From the IMG/VR virus record IMGVR_UViG_2671180473_000006: DNA of 6,957 bases, one strand, 5' to 3'. Positions 1 to 5,955 of this stretch are shown in pieces. The DNA is from a virus (taxonomy: Duplodnaviria > Heunggongvirae > Uroviricota > Caudoviricetes). Each line of letters starts with the position of its first letter. The stretch's first letter is position 1. The position numbers and the translations under genes were made by a program. The notes under the pieces were generated by a model that saw nothing but the letters and a program-made list of their open reading frames with translations, had not been told where the DNA came from and did not search any database.

Positions 1-1
1 G

Positions 2-310
2 TCACTCTCGTCTGGGGAATATCTCCCCGGCAGCCTTCAGGGAAAAATATCATCAGATGGCTGCTTAAAAAAAGAACAAATGGTAGTGTCCGCTATTGCC
101 AGTACACCTCATCCATCACCGAAAAAAATTGGCTTTTACACCATTGGCGATAAAAGCATTTACCTGTATGACCTACGCCGCATGGATGAAATCATGGAGG
201 CTCTTGATAATCGTTCGTCGATGGATTGGTGTGTTGCTGTTCATGATATGAATGCAGGGTTTGATGAAAAGATTTTGTTCCCCTCATCAGTTGAAAGCAC
301 TGCGGGTTAA
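2..310 (+). CDS. Hypothetical phage protein, probably the 3' part of a gene that starts upstream of the window (first in-window ATG at 80)
   Basis: Frame 2 is open from nt 2 to the TAA at 308-310. The ATG at 80 has no convincing Shine-Dalgarno, so the gene likely starts before the window. I do not recognise the product. Confidence 0.4.
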   Translation, partial: SLSSGEYLPGSLQGKISSDGCLKKEQMVVSAIASTPHPSPKKIGFYTIGDKSIYLYDLRRMDEIMEALDNRSSMDWCVAVHDMNAGFDEKILFPSSVESTAG

Positions 311-320
311 GGAGTAACAC

Positions 321-488
321 ATGACCACTATTACCAAAGAACGTATTGAATTGTTCATTAAAAACCCGCTTGAAAACGGGCTTACCCGTGGTGAACAAAT
401 GGAACTGGCACGGATTGCGCTGGCATCGCTGGAAGCAGAGCCGGTTGTGTTCTGGTTTGAAAAATATCAAGAAGGGGCTACGGCATGA
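321..488 (+). CDS. Small hypothetical protein (55 aa), N-terminal paralog of the next ORF
   Basis: Strong SD AAGGAG at 309-314, 6 nt before ATG 321. Absent from the ORF track only because it is under 60 aa. Stop TGA 486-488 overlaps the next ATG (ATGA). Translation [55 protein letters not shown]. Confidence 0.55.
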   Translation: MTTITKERIELFIKNPLENGLTRGEQMELARIALASLEAEPVVFWFEKYQEGATA

Positions 489-829
489 CGACTTTTACCA
501 GAGAGCAGTTAATAGCTCACGCAGAGGAGACTATTGAAGCACAGAGACTGTGCATACCGGGCACAATCGACCATGACATCATCCGCACATATAAGATGGA
601 TATTGCTGTTCTGGAAATCGCACTGGTATCGCTGGCAGCAGAGCCAGCCGGTAAATTGCATGAATACAAACCAGTGGGATATCAGCGTCTGGTCGATGAG
701 TTAACCATGCTGGTAAAGCAGTTAACCTGGCAACTGAGGAAAGCGAAGCCAGACTGCAAATTACCGGATAAGGCGATGAGTTATCTGGAGCGGAACGGAC
801 TGATAAGCGTGGAGGATATTTTACGATGA
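485..829 (+). CDS. Hypothetical protein (114 aa), paralogous to ORF 321-488
   Basis: ATG 485 overlaps the upstream stop (ATGA coupling). Shares the MTT.T(K/R)E N-terminus and the IAL(A/V)SL(E/A)AEP motif with ORF 321-488; nt 415-445 and 617-647 are about 26/31 identical. Confidence 0.6.
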   Translation: MTTFTREQLIAHAEETIEAQRLCIPGTIDHDIIRTYKMDIAVLEIALVSLAAEPAGKLHEYKPVGYQRLVDELTMLVKQLTWQLRKAKPDCKLPDKAMSYLERNGLISVEDILR

Positions 830-909
830 CCTGGCCTGAAGCATTAACAACGGTAGGAATTGCGATGGCGGTGGCGCTGGTGGTGTATTCGATTTGCCGC
901 TGGGGATAA
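826..909 (+). CDS. Possible 27-aa hydrophobic (single-TM) peptide, translationally coupled
   Basis: ATG 826 overlaps the TGA 827-829 of the upstream ORF. Translation [27 protein letters not shown], stop TAA 907-909. It is short, so coding status is uncertain. Confidence 0.35.
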   Translation: MTWPEALTTVGIAMAVALVVYSICRWG

Positions 910-916
910 AAACGGT

Positions 917-944
917 TTGCGGGAAAAGGAGAGTTAAGTAGAAT
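917..944 (+). promoter_or_regulatory. Candidate promoter of the hok/mok mRNA (-35 TTGCGG 917-922, -10 TAGAAT 939-944)
   Basis: Sigma70-like hexamers with 16-nt spacer. The predicted start near 951 coincides with the 5' element GGGTGCTTGAGG (951-962) that is complementary to 1326-1338 near the mRNA 3' end. Confidence 0.35.
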
Positions 945-1004
945 TGCAGCGGGTGCTTGAGGCTATCTGTCTCAGGCATGAACACCAAAAGGCAGATAGA
1001 GAAA

Positions 1005-1072
1005 AGCCCCAGTTAACATTACGCGTCCGGCAAGACGCTTAACATTAATCTGAGGCTCAATCTATGAACGGC
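1005..1072 (-). ncRNA. sok: Candidate Sok-like antisense RNA (approximate ends)
   Basis: Inference from hok/sok architecture: minus-strand -35 TTGCCT (1102-1107) and -10 TAACCT (1079-1084) with 17-nt spacer would give an antisense transcript across the mok SD/start (1051-1066). A GCGTC/GACGC hairpin lies at 1023-1038. Boundaries are not determined. Confidence 0.25.
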
Positions 1073-1276
1073 AAATCTAGGTTAGCCTCTTACGTGCCGA
1101 AAGGCAAGGAGAAGCAGGCTATGAAGCAGCAAAAGGCGATGTTAATCGCCCTGATCGTCATCTGTTTAACCGTCATAGTGACGGCACTGGTAACGAGGAA
1201 AGACCTCTGCGAGGTACGAATTCGAACCGGCCAGACGGAGGTCGCTGTCTTCACAGCTTACGAACCTGAGGAGTAA
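1064..1276 (+). CDS. mok: Mok-like reading frame (in-frame N-terminal extension over hok)
   Basis: ATG 1064 preceded by GAGG about 8 nt upstream. The 70-aa ORF ends with the Hok sequence and its N-terminal extension resembles what I recall of chromosomal Mok proteins (KEK.AMKQ.KAM junction). Confidence 0.5.
   Translation: MNGKSRLASYVPKGKEKQAMKQQKAMLIALIVICLTVIVTALVTRKDLCEVRIRTGQTEVAVFTAYEPEE
1121..1276 (+). CDS. hok: Hok-family type I toxin (51 aa, small membrane killer protein)
   Basis: Translation MKQQKAMLIALIVICLTVIVTALVTRKDLCEVRIRTGQTEVAVFTAYEPEE is near-identical to Hok/Gef/RelF family proteins as I remember them. SD AAGGAG 1106-1111 lies 9 nt upstream. Confidence 0.85.
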   Translation: MKQQKAMLIALIVICLTVIVTALVTRKDLCEVRIRTGQTEVAVFTAYEPEE

Positions 1277-1345
1277 GAGACCAGGCGGGGGAGAAATCCC
1301 TCGCCACCTCTGATGGGGCAGGCATCCTCAATGCACCCACACTTA

Positions 1346-1370
1346 ACCCGCTTCGGCGGGTTTTTGTTTT
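1346..1370 (+). terminator. Rho-independent terminator at the 3' end of the hok mRNA
   Basis: Stem ACCCGC/GCGGGT with a TTCG tetraloop (1346-1361), followed by TTTTTGTTTTTATTTT. Confidence 0.6.
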
Positions 1371-1496
1371 TATTTTCAACGCGTTTGAAGTTTTAGATGG
1401 TGCCGGAATAGAATCAAAAATACTTAAGTAGCGCGCAGGGAGAAGAGGGATGGACCCCGAACAGGGGAGTGCTATTTATCTGGAAGGATTCTGTTG

Positions 1497-1778
1497 ATGA
1501 AAATCGAAGAATTACGTGAAATTTTTAGTGAAGATGGCCTCTATACTGTGCGCGTTGAGAATGGCGCTATTGTCAGCCACTGCCTTCCAGACTACACAAT
1601 TCTGATAATTCAGCCGTCTTTGCCAGCAGGCACGGGCGGCGCTCTCACGCATTTAAATCTGATTGGTACCAGCATCCCCCATGCACTGAAGAACAGGCCG
1701 AATGGCTCATTCAGTGTTACCGCAGGCGCGGATGCGAGGTTAAAAAAGCCCTTAGCCTCGACTACCGTCACTGGATAA
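1497..1778 (+). CDS. Hypothetical protein in the Rem position of Qin-type prophages (between hok and the DUF968 gene)
   Basis: SD GGAAGGA 1482-1488, ATG 1497 (the track's 1494 is TTG), stop TAA 1776-1778. Its C-terminal half overlaps a second open frame (see findings), so the true 3' end is uncertain. Confidence 0.5.
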   Translation: MKIEELREIFSEDGLYTVRVENGAIVSHCLPDYTILIIQPSLPAGTGGALTHLNLIGTSIPHALKNRPNGSFSVTAGADARLKKPLASTTVTG

Positions 1779-1853
1779 TCTCCGTCAGGCTCCCTTACTC
1801 CGAACGGCCAACGCGTCCGTCCCGCACATTCCAGCAACGGATCTGGAGGTAAT

Positions 1854-2912
1854 GTGCGGGTATTACTTCGACCTGTTCTGGTACCGGAACTCGGTCTGGT
1901 TATCGTTAAGCCAGGCCGTGAATCAATGTCAGCATTCCATAACGGCAGAATACTGGTGGAGCCGGAACCAAAAAGCATGCGTAATCTGCCGTCCGGGGTC
2001 GTTCCTGCCGCTCGCCAGCCGCTGGTGGAAGACAAAACATTGCTGCCGTTTTTCAGTAACGCACGGGTGATTCGTGCTGCTGGTGGTGCTGGTGCATTGT
2101 CTGACTGGCTGTTGCGCCATATTAAATCCTGCCAGTGGCCACACGGCGATTATCATCACAGCGAAACCGTCATTCACCGTTATGGTACCGGCGCAATGGT
2201 GTTGTGCTGGCACTGCGACAACCAGCTGCGTGACCAGACATCCGAATCACTCGAGCAACTTGCTCATCAAAACCTGTCAGCATGGATGATTGACGTCATC
2301 GGTCACGCAATAAGCGGTACGCAGGAGCGTGAATTATCTCTGGCTGAATTATCCTGGTGGGCGGTCCGCAATCAGGTGGCGGACGCGCTACCGGAAGCGG
2401 TATTACGTCGTTCGCTGGGGTTGCGTGCGGAAAAAATTCGCTCTGTGTACAGTGAAAGCGACATCATACCGGGAGAGCAGACAGCCACCAGCATACTGAA
2501 GCAGCGCACAAAAAATATTGCGTTACTGCCTCACGTCCACCAGCAACAGAACCCACCACAGGAAAAGACGGTGGTCAGCATTGCCGTTGATCCGGAGTCA
2601 CCGGCTCAGTATCTCCAGCGCCAGAAATCACAACGGGAAGAGATGCCTGTATACACGCGCTGGGTAAAAACGCAGAAATGCATGACGTGTGGCAATCAGG
2701 CAGATGATCCGCATCACATCATTGGTCATGGACTGGGAGGGATGGGAACAAAGGCTGATGATTTGTTTGTTATTCCGTTATGCCGTAAATGCCGTAACGA
2801 ACTACATGCCGGAGTAAAAGATTTTGAAGAGAAACACGGCAGTCAGCTGTTGTTGCTGATTCGTTTTTTAATGCACGCGAGAAATTCGGGTGTTCTGAAG
2901 TGGAAAGCATAA
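1854..2912 (+). CDS. DUF968/YdfU-like lambdoid prophage protein with a C-terminal HNH-like Cys/His motif
   Basis: 352-aa ORF; GTG 1854 with GGAGG at 1845-1849 (alternative ATG at 1926). C-terminus CMTCGNQADDPHHIIGHG...CRKCRNELH has a CxxC...HH...CxxC...H pattern. Position (after hok, before rusA and Q) matches ydfU in Qin-type prophages. Family assignment is from memory. Confidence 0.65.
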   Translation: MRVLLRPVLVPELGLVIVKPGRESMSAFHNGRILVEPEPKSMRNLPSGVVPAARQPLVEDKTLLPFFSNARVIRAAGGAGALSDWLLRHIKSCQWPHGDYHHSETVIHRYGTGAMVLCWHCDNQLRDQTSESLEQLAHQNLSAWMIDVIGHAISGTQERELSLAELSWWAVRNQVADALPEAVLRRSLGLRAEKIRSVYSESDIIPGEQTATSILKQRTKNIALLPHVHQQQNPPQEKTVVSIAVDPESPAQYLQRQKSQREEMPVYTRWVKTQKCMTCGNQADDPHHIIGHGLGGMGTKADDLFVIPLCRKCRNELHAGVKDFEEKHGSQLLLLIRFLMHARNSGVLKWKA

Positions 2913-3293
2913 ATGACCGAGCGCATAGAATTTGTTTTACCTTACCCGCCGACGGTGAACACTTACTGGCGTCGTCGTGGCAGCACATATTTTGTATCAA
3001 AAGCCGGGGAGCGTTATCGCCGGGCAGTGGCGCTTATTGTTCGCCAGCAGCGGCTGAAATTAAGCCTGTCCGGAAGGTTGGCAATAAAAATTATTGCAGA
3101 ACCACCGGATAAGCGCCGCCGTGACCTGGACAATATTCTGAAAGCGCCGCTGGATGCGCTGACGCATGCGGGGTTGCTAATGGACGATGAGCAGTTTGAT
3201 GAAATCAATATCGTTCGTGCTCAGCCAGTATCTGGTGGACGTCTGGGGGTGAAGATTTATCCCATAATGCTTGAAGGGCAGGTCAAAAAATGA
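2913..3293 (+). CDS. rusA: Crossover junction endodeoxyribonuclease RusA (Holliday junction resolvase)
   Basis: 126 aa with the RusA pattern: LPYPPTVNTYWRRRG near the N-terminus, the acidic motif RRRDLDN, DALTHAGLLMDDEQ and GGRL. ATG directly follows the DUF968 stop. Confidence 0.9.
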   Translation: MTERIEFVLPYPPTVNTYWRRRGSTYFVSKAGERYRRAVALIVRQQRLKLSLSGRLAIKIIAEPPDKRRRDLDNILKAPLDALTHAGLLMDDEQFDEINIVRAQPVSGGRLGVKIYPIMLEGQVKK

Positions 3294-4111
3294 AACTGGA
3301 AGATTTACCGAAATACTACTCCCCAAAATCCCCCGGCCTGACTGATGCATCGGCCTCAACGTCGAAAGATGCGCTGAGTATCACTGATGTGATGGCCGCG
3401 CAGGGCATGACACAGAATCGGGCTGAGATGGGGGTTTCTGCGTTCCTTGGGAAAATGGGCATTAGTATGAATGACAGAGAGCGGGCAACAGAATTGCTGA
3501 CAGAATATGCACTCAGTCGGTGTGATCGCGTGGCGGCGTTAAGAAAACTCCCGGCAGAAATAAAACCGGCAGTGATGCGTATTATGGCTTCGTATGCGTT
3601 TGAAGATTATGCCCGTAGCGCGGCGAGCAAAAAACAGTGCCCCTGCTGTCACGGAAAAAAATTTATTGAAAGCGAGGTTTTTACAAACAAGATCCAGTAT
3701 CCGGATGGTAAGCCGCCGGTATGGGCAAAGTGTACGAAAGGTGTGTATCCGTCTTACTGGGAAGAATGGAAAAAAGTCAGGGAGGTGGTAAAAGTTGCCT
3801 GTCCGGAGTGTGGCGGAAAGGGTGAGGTTTCCACCGCCTGTAAGGATTGCCGTGGGCGTGGTGTCGCCATTCATCGTGAAGAGTCGGTAAAACGTGGTAT
3901 GCCTGTTATCAGAGACTGCCAGCGTTGTGGTGGTCGTGGCTATGAAAGACTACCATCAACGGAGGCATTTAATGCTATATGCGAGGTGACAAACCAGATA
4001 ACACGCGCGTCATGGGAAAAAACAGTTAAGAAATTTTATGATGCGCTGGTGACCCGGTTTGATATTGAAGAAGCATGGGCTGAGCGGCAGTTAAAAAAGG
4101 TAACTAGGTAA
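3290..4111 (+). CDS. Q: Late-gene antitermination protein Q (lambda Q family) with an expanded zinc-finger region
   Basis: ATGA overlap with rusA. Shares with lambda Q the motifs YSPKSP, TDVMAA.GM and TVK..YDALV. Carries four CxxCxGxG motifs (CPCCHGKK, CPECGGKG, CKDCRGRG, CQRCGGRG). Immediately followed by a PR'-like promoter. Confidence 0.85.
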   Translation: MKLEDLPKYYSPKSPGLTDASASTSKDALSITDVMAAQGMTQNRAEMGVSAFLGKMGISMNDRERATELLTEYALSRCDRVAALRKLPAEIKPAVMRIMASYAFEDYARSAASKKQCPCCHGKKFIESEVFTNKIQYPDGKPPVWAKCTKGVYPSYWEEWKKVREVVKVACPECGGKGEVSTACKDCRGRGVAIHREESVKRGMPVIRDCQRCGGRGYERLPSTEAFNAICEVTNQITRASWEKTVKKFYDALVTRFDIEEAWAERQLKKVTR

Positions 4112-4116
4112 CAAGG

Positions 4117-4156
4117 TTGATTTTTCCGGAATCTGTGGTAAATTCGTTATAACGAT
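4117..4156 (+). promoter_or_regulatory. Late promoter PR' with sigma-dependent pause element (Q-utilisation region)
   Basis: -35 TTGATT (4117-4122), 16-nt spacer, -10 TAAATT (4139-4144), then AACGATGGG at 4151-4159. The hexamer and its 6-nt spacing from the -10 match lambda PR' (TAAATT-N6-AACGAT) as I recall it. Confidence 0.7.
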
Positions 4157-4192
4157 GGGCGTTTTATGCCTGACGTTAGAAGAGTTTCTACA

Positions 4193-4216
4193 ACCCGCCG
4201 CCGAGCGGGTTTTTTA
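4193..4216 (+). terminator. tR'-like intrinsic terminator ending a short (~65 nt) PR' leader RNA
   Basis: Stem ACCCGC/GCGGGT (4193-4198 with 4205-4210), 6-nt loop, then a run of seven T (4210-4216). Confidence 0.65.
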
Positions 4217-4335
4217 TGACTGAAATCGCGTCAGTACAGTAAACGCGCTGGTGGCGGTGAATACCTGTCTTTCAGCTTGCTGGCTTTTTCGACAAGAGTT
4301 ATTGGTGTGTCACGTTAACCGGAAAAGGAAAAGAC

Positions 4336-4533
4336 ATGCTAAAACAGCAGGATATGACAGAAACCGCCAGAGTGGTGTTTAATGAATTAAGCGTTACCGA
4401 ACCGGCGACAGTCGGGGAGATAGCGCAGAATACTTACCTTTCACGCGAACGCTGCCAGTTAATACTGACCCAGCTGGTTATGGCGGGTCTGGCAGACTAT
4501 CAGTTCGGTTGTTACAGACGCCTTCCGCAGTGA
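4336..4533 (+). CDS. Small hypothetical protein (65 aa) with a winged-helix/HTH-like segment
   Basis: SD AAGGA 4325-4329, 6 nt before ATG 4336. The segment ATVGEIAQNTYLSRERCQLILTQLVMAGL resembles a DNA-binding helix-turn-helix. No family recognised. Confidence 0.5.
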   Translation: MLKQQDMTETARVVFNELSVTEPATVGEIAQNTYLSRERCQLILTQLVMAGLADYQFGCYRRLPQ

Positions 4534-4543
4534 AGGCTTTTTT
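4520..4543 (+). terminator. Intrinsic terminator overlapping the stop of the small ORF
   Basis: Stem GCCTTC/GAAGGC (4520-4525 with 4532-4537), loop CGCAGT, followed by TTTTTTATTT. Confidence 0.5.
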
Positions 4544-4560
4544 ATTTGTGGTAAATGGGC

Positions 4561-4591
4561 GGCTGGTGGGTGTTAGGGGCACCCACCAGCC
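4561..4591. repeat. Perfect 12-bp inverted repeat (GGCTGGTGGGTG / CACCCACCAGCC) with 7-nt loop; each arm contains a Chi octamer
   Basis: Read directly from the sequence. No T-tract follows on either strand, so it is not a canonical terminator. Confidence 0.8.
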
Positions 4592-4683
4592 ATCTGCTCA
4601 TGCGTTGGGTTCACAAGCAAACCTCAGGCCCACTGCTTTGCGCAAAAGCAGAATGAGCCTATCAGAGACAGGCTTAATGATCC

Positions 4684-5742
4684 ATGCTTAATACTGTAAA
4701 AATATCCAGTTGTGAGTTAATCAACGCCGACTGCCTGGAATTTATCCGGTCGTTACCCGAAAATTCTGTTGACCTGATAGTCACGGACCCGCCGTACTTT
4801 AAAGTGAAGCCTGAGGGCTGGGATAACCAGTGGAAGGGCGACGATGATTACCTGAAGTGGCTGGACCAGTGTCTGGCGCAGTTCTGGCGGGTGCTGAAAC
4901 CTGCCGGAAGTCTTTACCTGTTCTGTGGTCATCGCCTGGCATCTGATATCGAAATCATGATGCGTGAACGCTTCAGTGTGCTGAACCATATTATCTGGGC
5001 GAAGCCGTCCGGACGCTGGAACGGATGCAACAAGGAAAGCCTGCGGGCGTATTTCCCCGCCACAGAGCGCATTCTGTTCGCGGAACATTATCAGGGGCCG
5101 TATCGTCCGAAAGATGCCGGGTATGCGGCGAAGGGCAGTGCACTGAAACAGCATGTGATGGCCCCGCTGATTTCTTACTTTCGTGATGCGCGAGCTGCCC
5201 TGGGGATAACGGCAAAACAGATTGCAGATGCCACAGGAAAGAAAAACATGGTGTCGCACTGGTTCAGTGCCGGTCAGTGGCAGTTGCCGAATGAAAGCGA
5301 TTATCTGAAATTACAGGCGCTGTTTGCCCGGGTGGCAGAAGAGAAGCATCGGCGTGGTGAACTGGAAAAGCTCCACCACCAGCTGGTGGATACGTATACC
5401 TCACTGAACCGGCAGTATGCGGAGCTGCTGAGTGAATATAAACATCTGCGGCGGTATTTTGGCGTGACGGTGCAGGTGCCGTATACCGATGTGTGGACGC
5501 ATAAACCGGTGCAGTTCTATCCCGGGAAACATCCGTGCGAAAAACCGGCAGAAATGCTGCAGCAGATAATCAGCGCTAGCAGTCGTCCGGGTGACCTGAT
5601 TGCAGATTTTTTCATGGGGTTGGGTTCGACAGTGAAAGCGGCACTGGCGCTCGGGCGTCGTGCAATTGGCGTTGAGCTGGAGACTGAACGTTTTGAGCAG
5701 ACGGTTCGGGAAGTACAGGATTTAGTCAGCCAGAACGGATGA
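4684..5742 (+). CDS. DNA N6-adenine methyltransferase (beta-class, N6_N4_Mtase-like), apparently orphan
   Basis: 352 aa. DPPY (motif IV) in DLIVTDPPYF near the N-terminus and FxGxG (motif I) in DFFMGLGST near the C-terminus, i.e. beta-class order. About 140 aa inserted between them. No restriction endonuclease gene adjacent. Confidence 0.85.
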   Translation: MLNTVKISSCELINADCLEFIRSLPENSVDLIVTDPPYFKVKPEGWDNQWKGDDDYLKWLDQCLAQFWRVLKPAGSLYLFCGHRLASDIEIMMRERFSVLNHIIWAKPSGRWNGCNKESLRAYFPATERILFAEHYQGPYRPKDAGYAAKGSALKQHVMAPLISYFRDARAALGITAKQIADATGKKNMVSHWFSAGQWQLPNESDYLKLQALFARVAEEKHRRGELEKLHHQLVDTYTSLNRQYAELLSEYKHLRRYFGVTVQVPYTDVWTHKPVQFYPGKHPCEKPAEMLQQIISASSRPGDLIADFFMGLGSTVKAALALGRRAIGVELETERFEQTVREVQDLVSQNG

Positions 5743-5782
5743 TATTGAAGAATTAATTACGCGTCGTTATTATGCGGCTCCC

Positions 5783-5858
5783 GGCCCTTTAGCTCAGTGG
5801 TGAGAGCGAGCGACTCATAATCGCCAGGTCGCTGGTTCAAATCCAGCAAGGGCCACCA
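5783..5858 (+). tRNA. tRNA with CAU anticodon, ileX/ileZ-like (tRNA-Ile2, lysidine; Met not excluded)
   Basis: Manually folded cloverleaf: 7-bp acceptor GGCCCTT/AAGGGCC, D stem GCTC/GAGC, anticodon loop CTCATAA, T loop TTCAAAT, 3' CCA encoded. Closely resembles E. coli ileX as I recall it. Confidence 0.9.
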
Positions 5859-5865
5859 TCACATA

Positions 5866-5942
5866 CCGCCATTAGCTCATCAGGAAAGAGCGCCAGCCTT
5901 CGAAGCTGGCTGCGCGGGGTTCAAGTCCCCGATGGCGGTCCA
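5866..5942 (+). tRNA. tRNA-Arg, anticodon UCG (reads CGA/CGG)
   Basis: Manually folded: acceptor CCGCCAT/ATGGCGG, anticodon stem CCAGC/GCTGG with loop CTTCGAA, T stem CGGGG/CCCCG, CCA encoded. Unusual C1-G72 first pair. Confidence 0.8.
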
Positions 5943-5955
5943 TTATCTGCATCAT

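Noticed and set aside
192-470. Minus-strand ORF of 92 aa
   Set aside because: It lies entirely antisense to + strand ORFs that have good RBSs and coupling; it has no RBS and no recognisable product.
346-537. + strand ORF of 63 aa
   Set aside because: It is out of frame and fully overlapped by ORFs 321-488 and 485-829, which have an RBS and coupling.
1610-2213. Minus-strand ORFs 1610-2035 and 1929-2213, and + strand out-of-frame ORFs 1852-2070 and 2074-2289
   Set aside because: They overlap the DUF968 gene and the Rem-position ORF. Open antisense or alternative frames are common in this GC range, and none has start context or a recognisable product.
2770-3874. Minus-strand ORFs 2770-3000, 3014-3208, 3177-3359, 3539-3874 and + strand ORFs 2900-3112, 3594-3791
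   Set aside because: All lie within or antisense to the confidently identified rusA and Q genes.
4509-4691. + strand ORF of 60 aa starting at TTG 4509
   Set aside because: It runs through the terminator hairpin and the 12-bp inverted repeat, starts with TTG without an RBS, and has a low-complexity translation.
4753-5259. Minus-strand ORFs of 168 and 74 aa inside the methyltransferase gene
   Set aside because: They are antisense to a gene with clear methyltransferase motifs and have no independent support.
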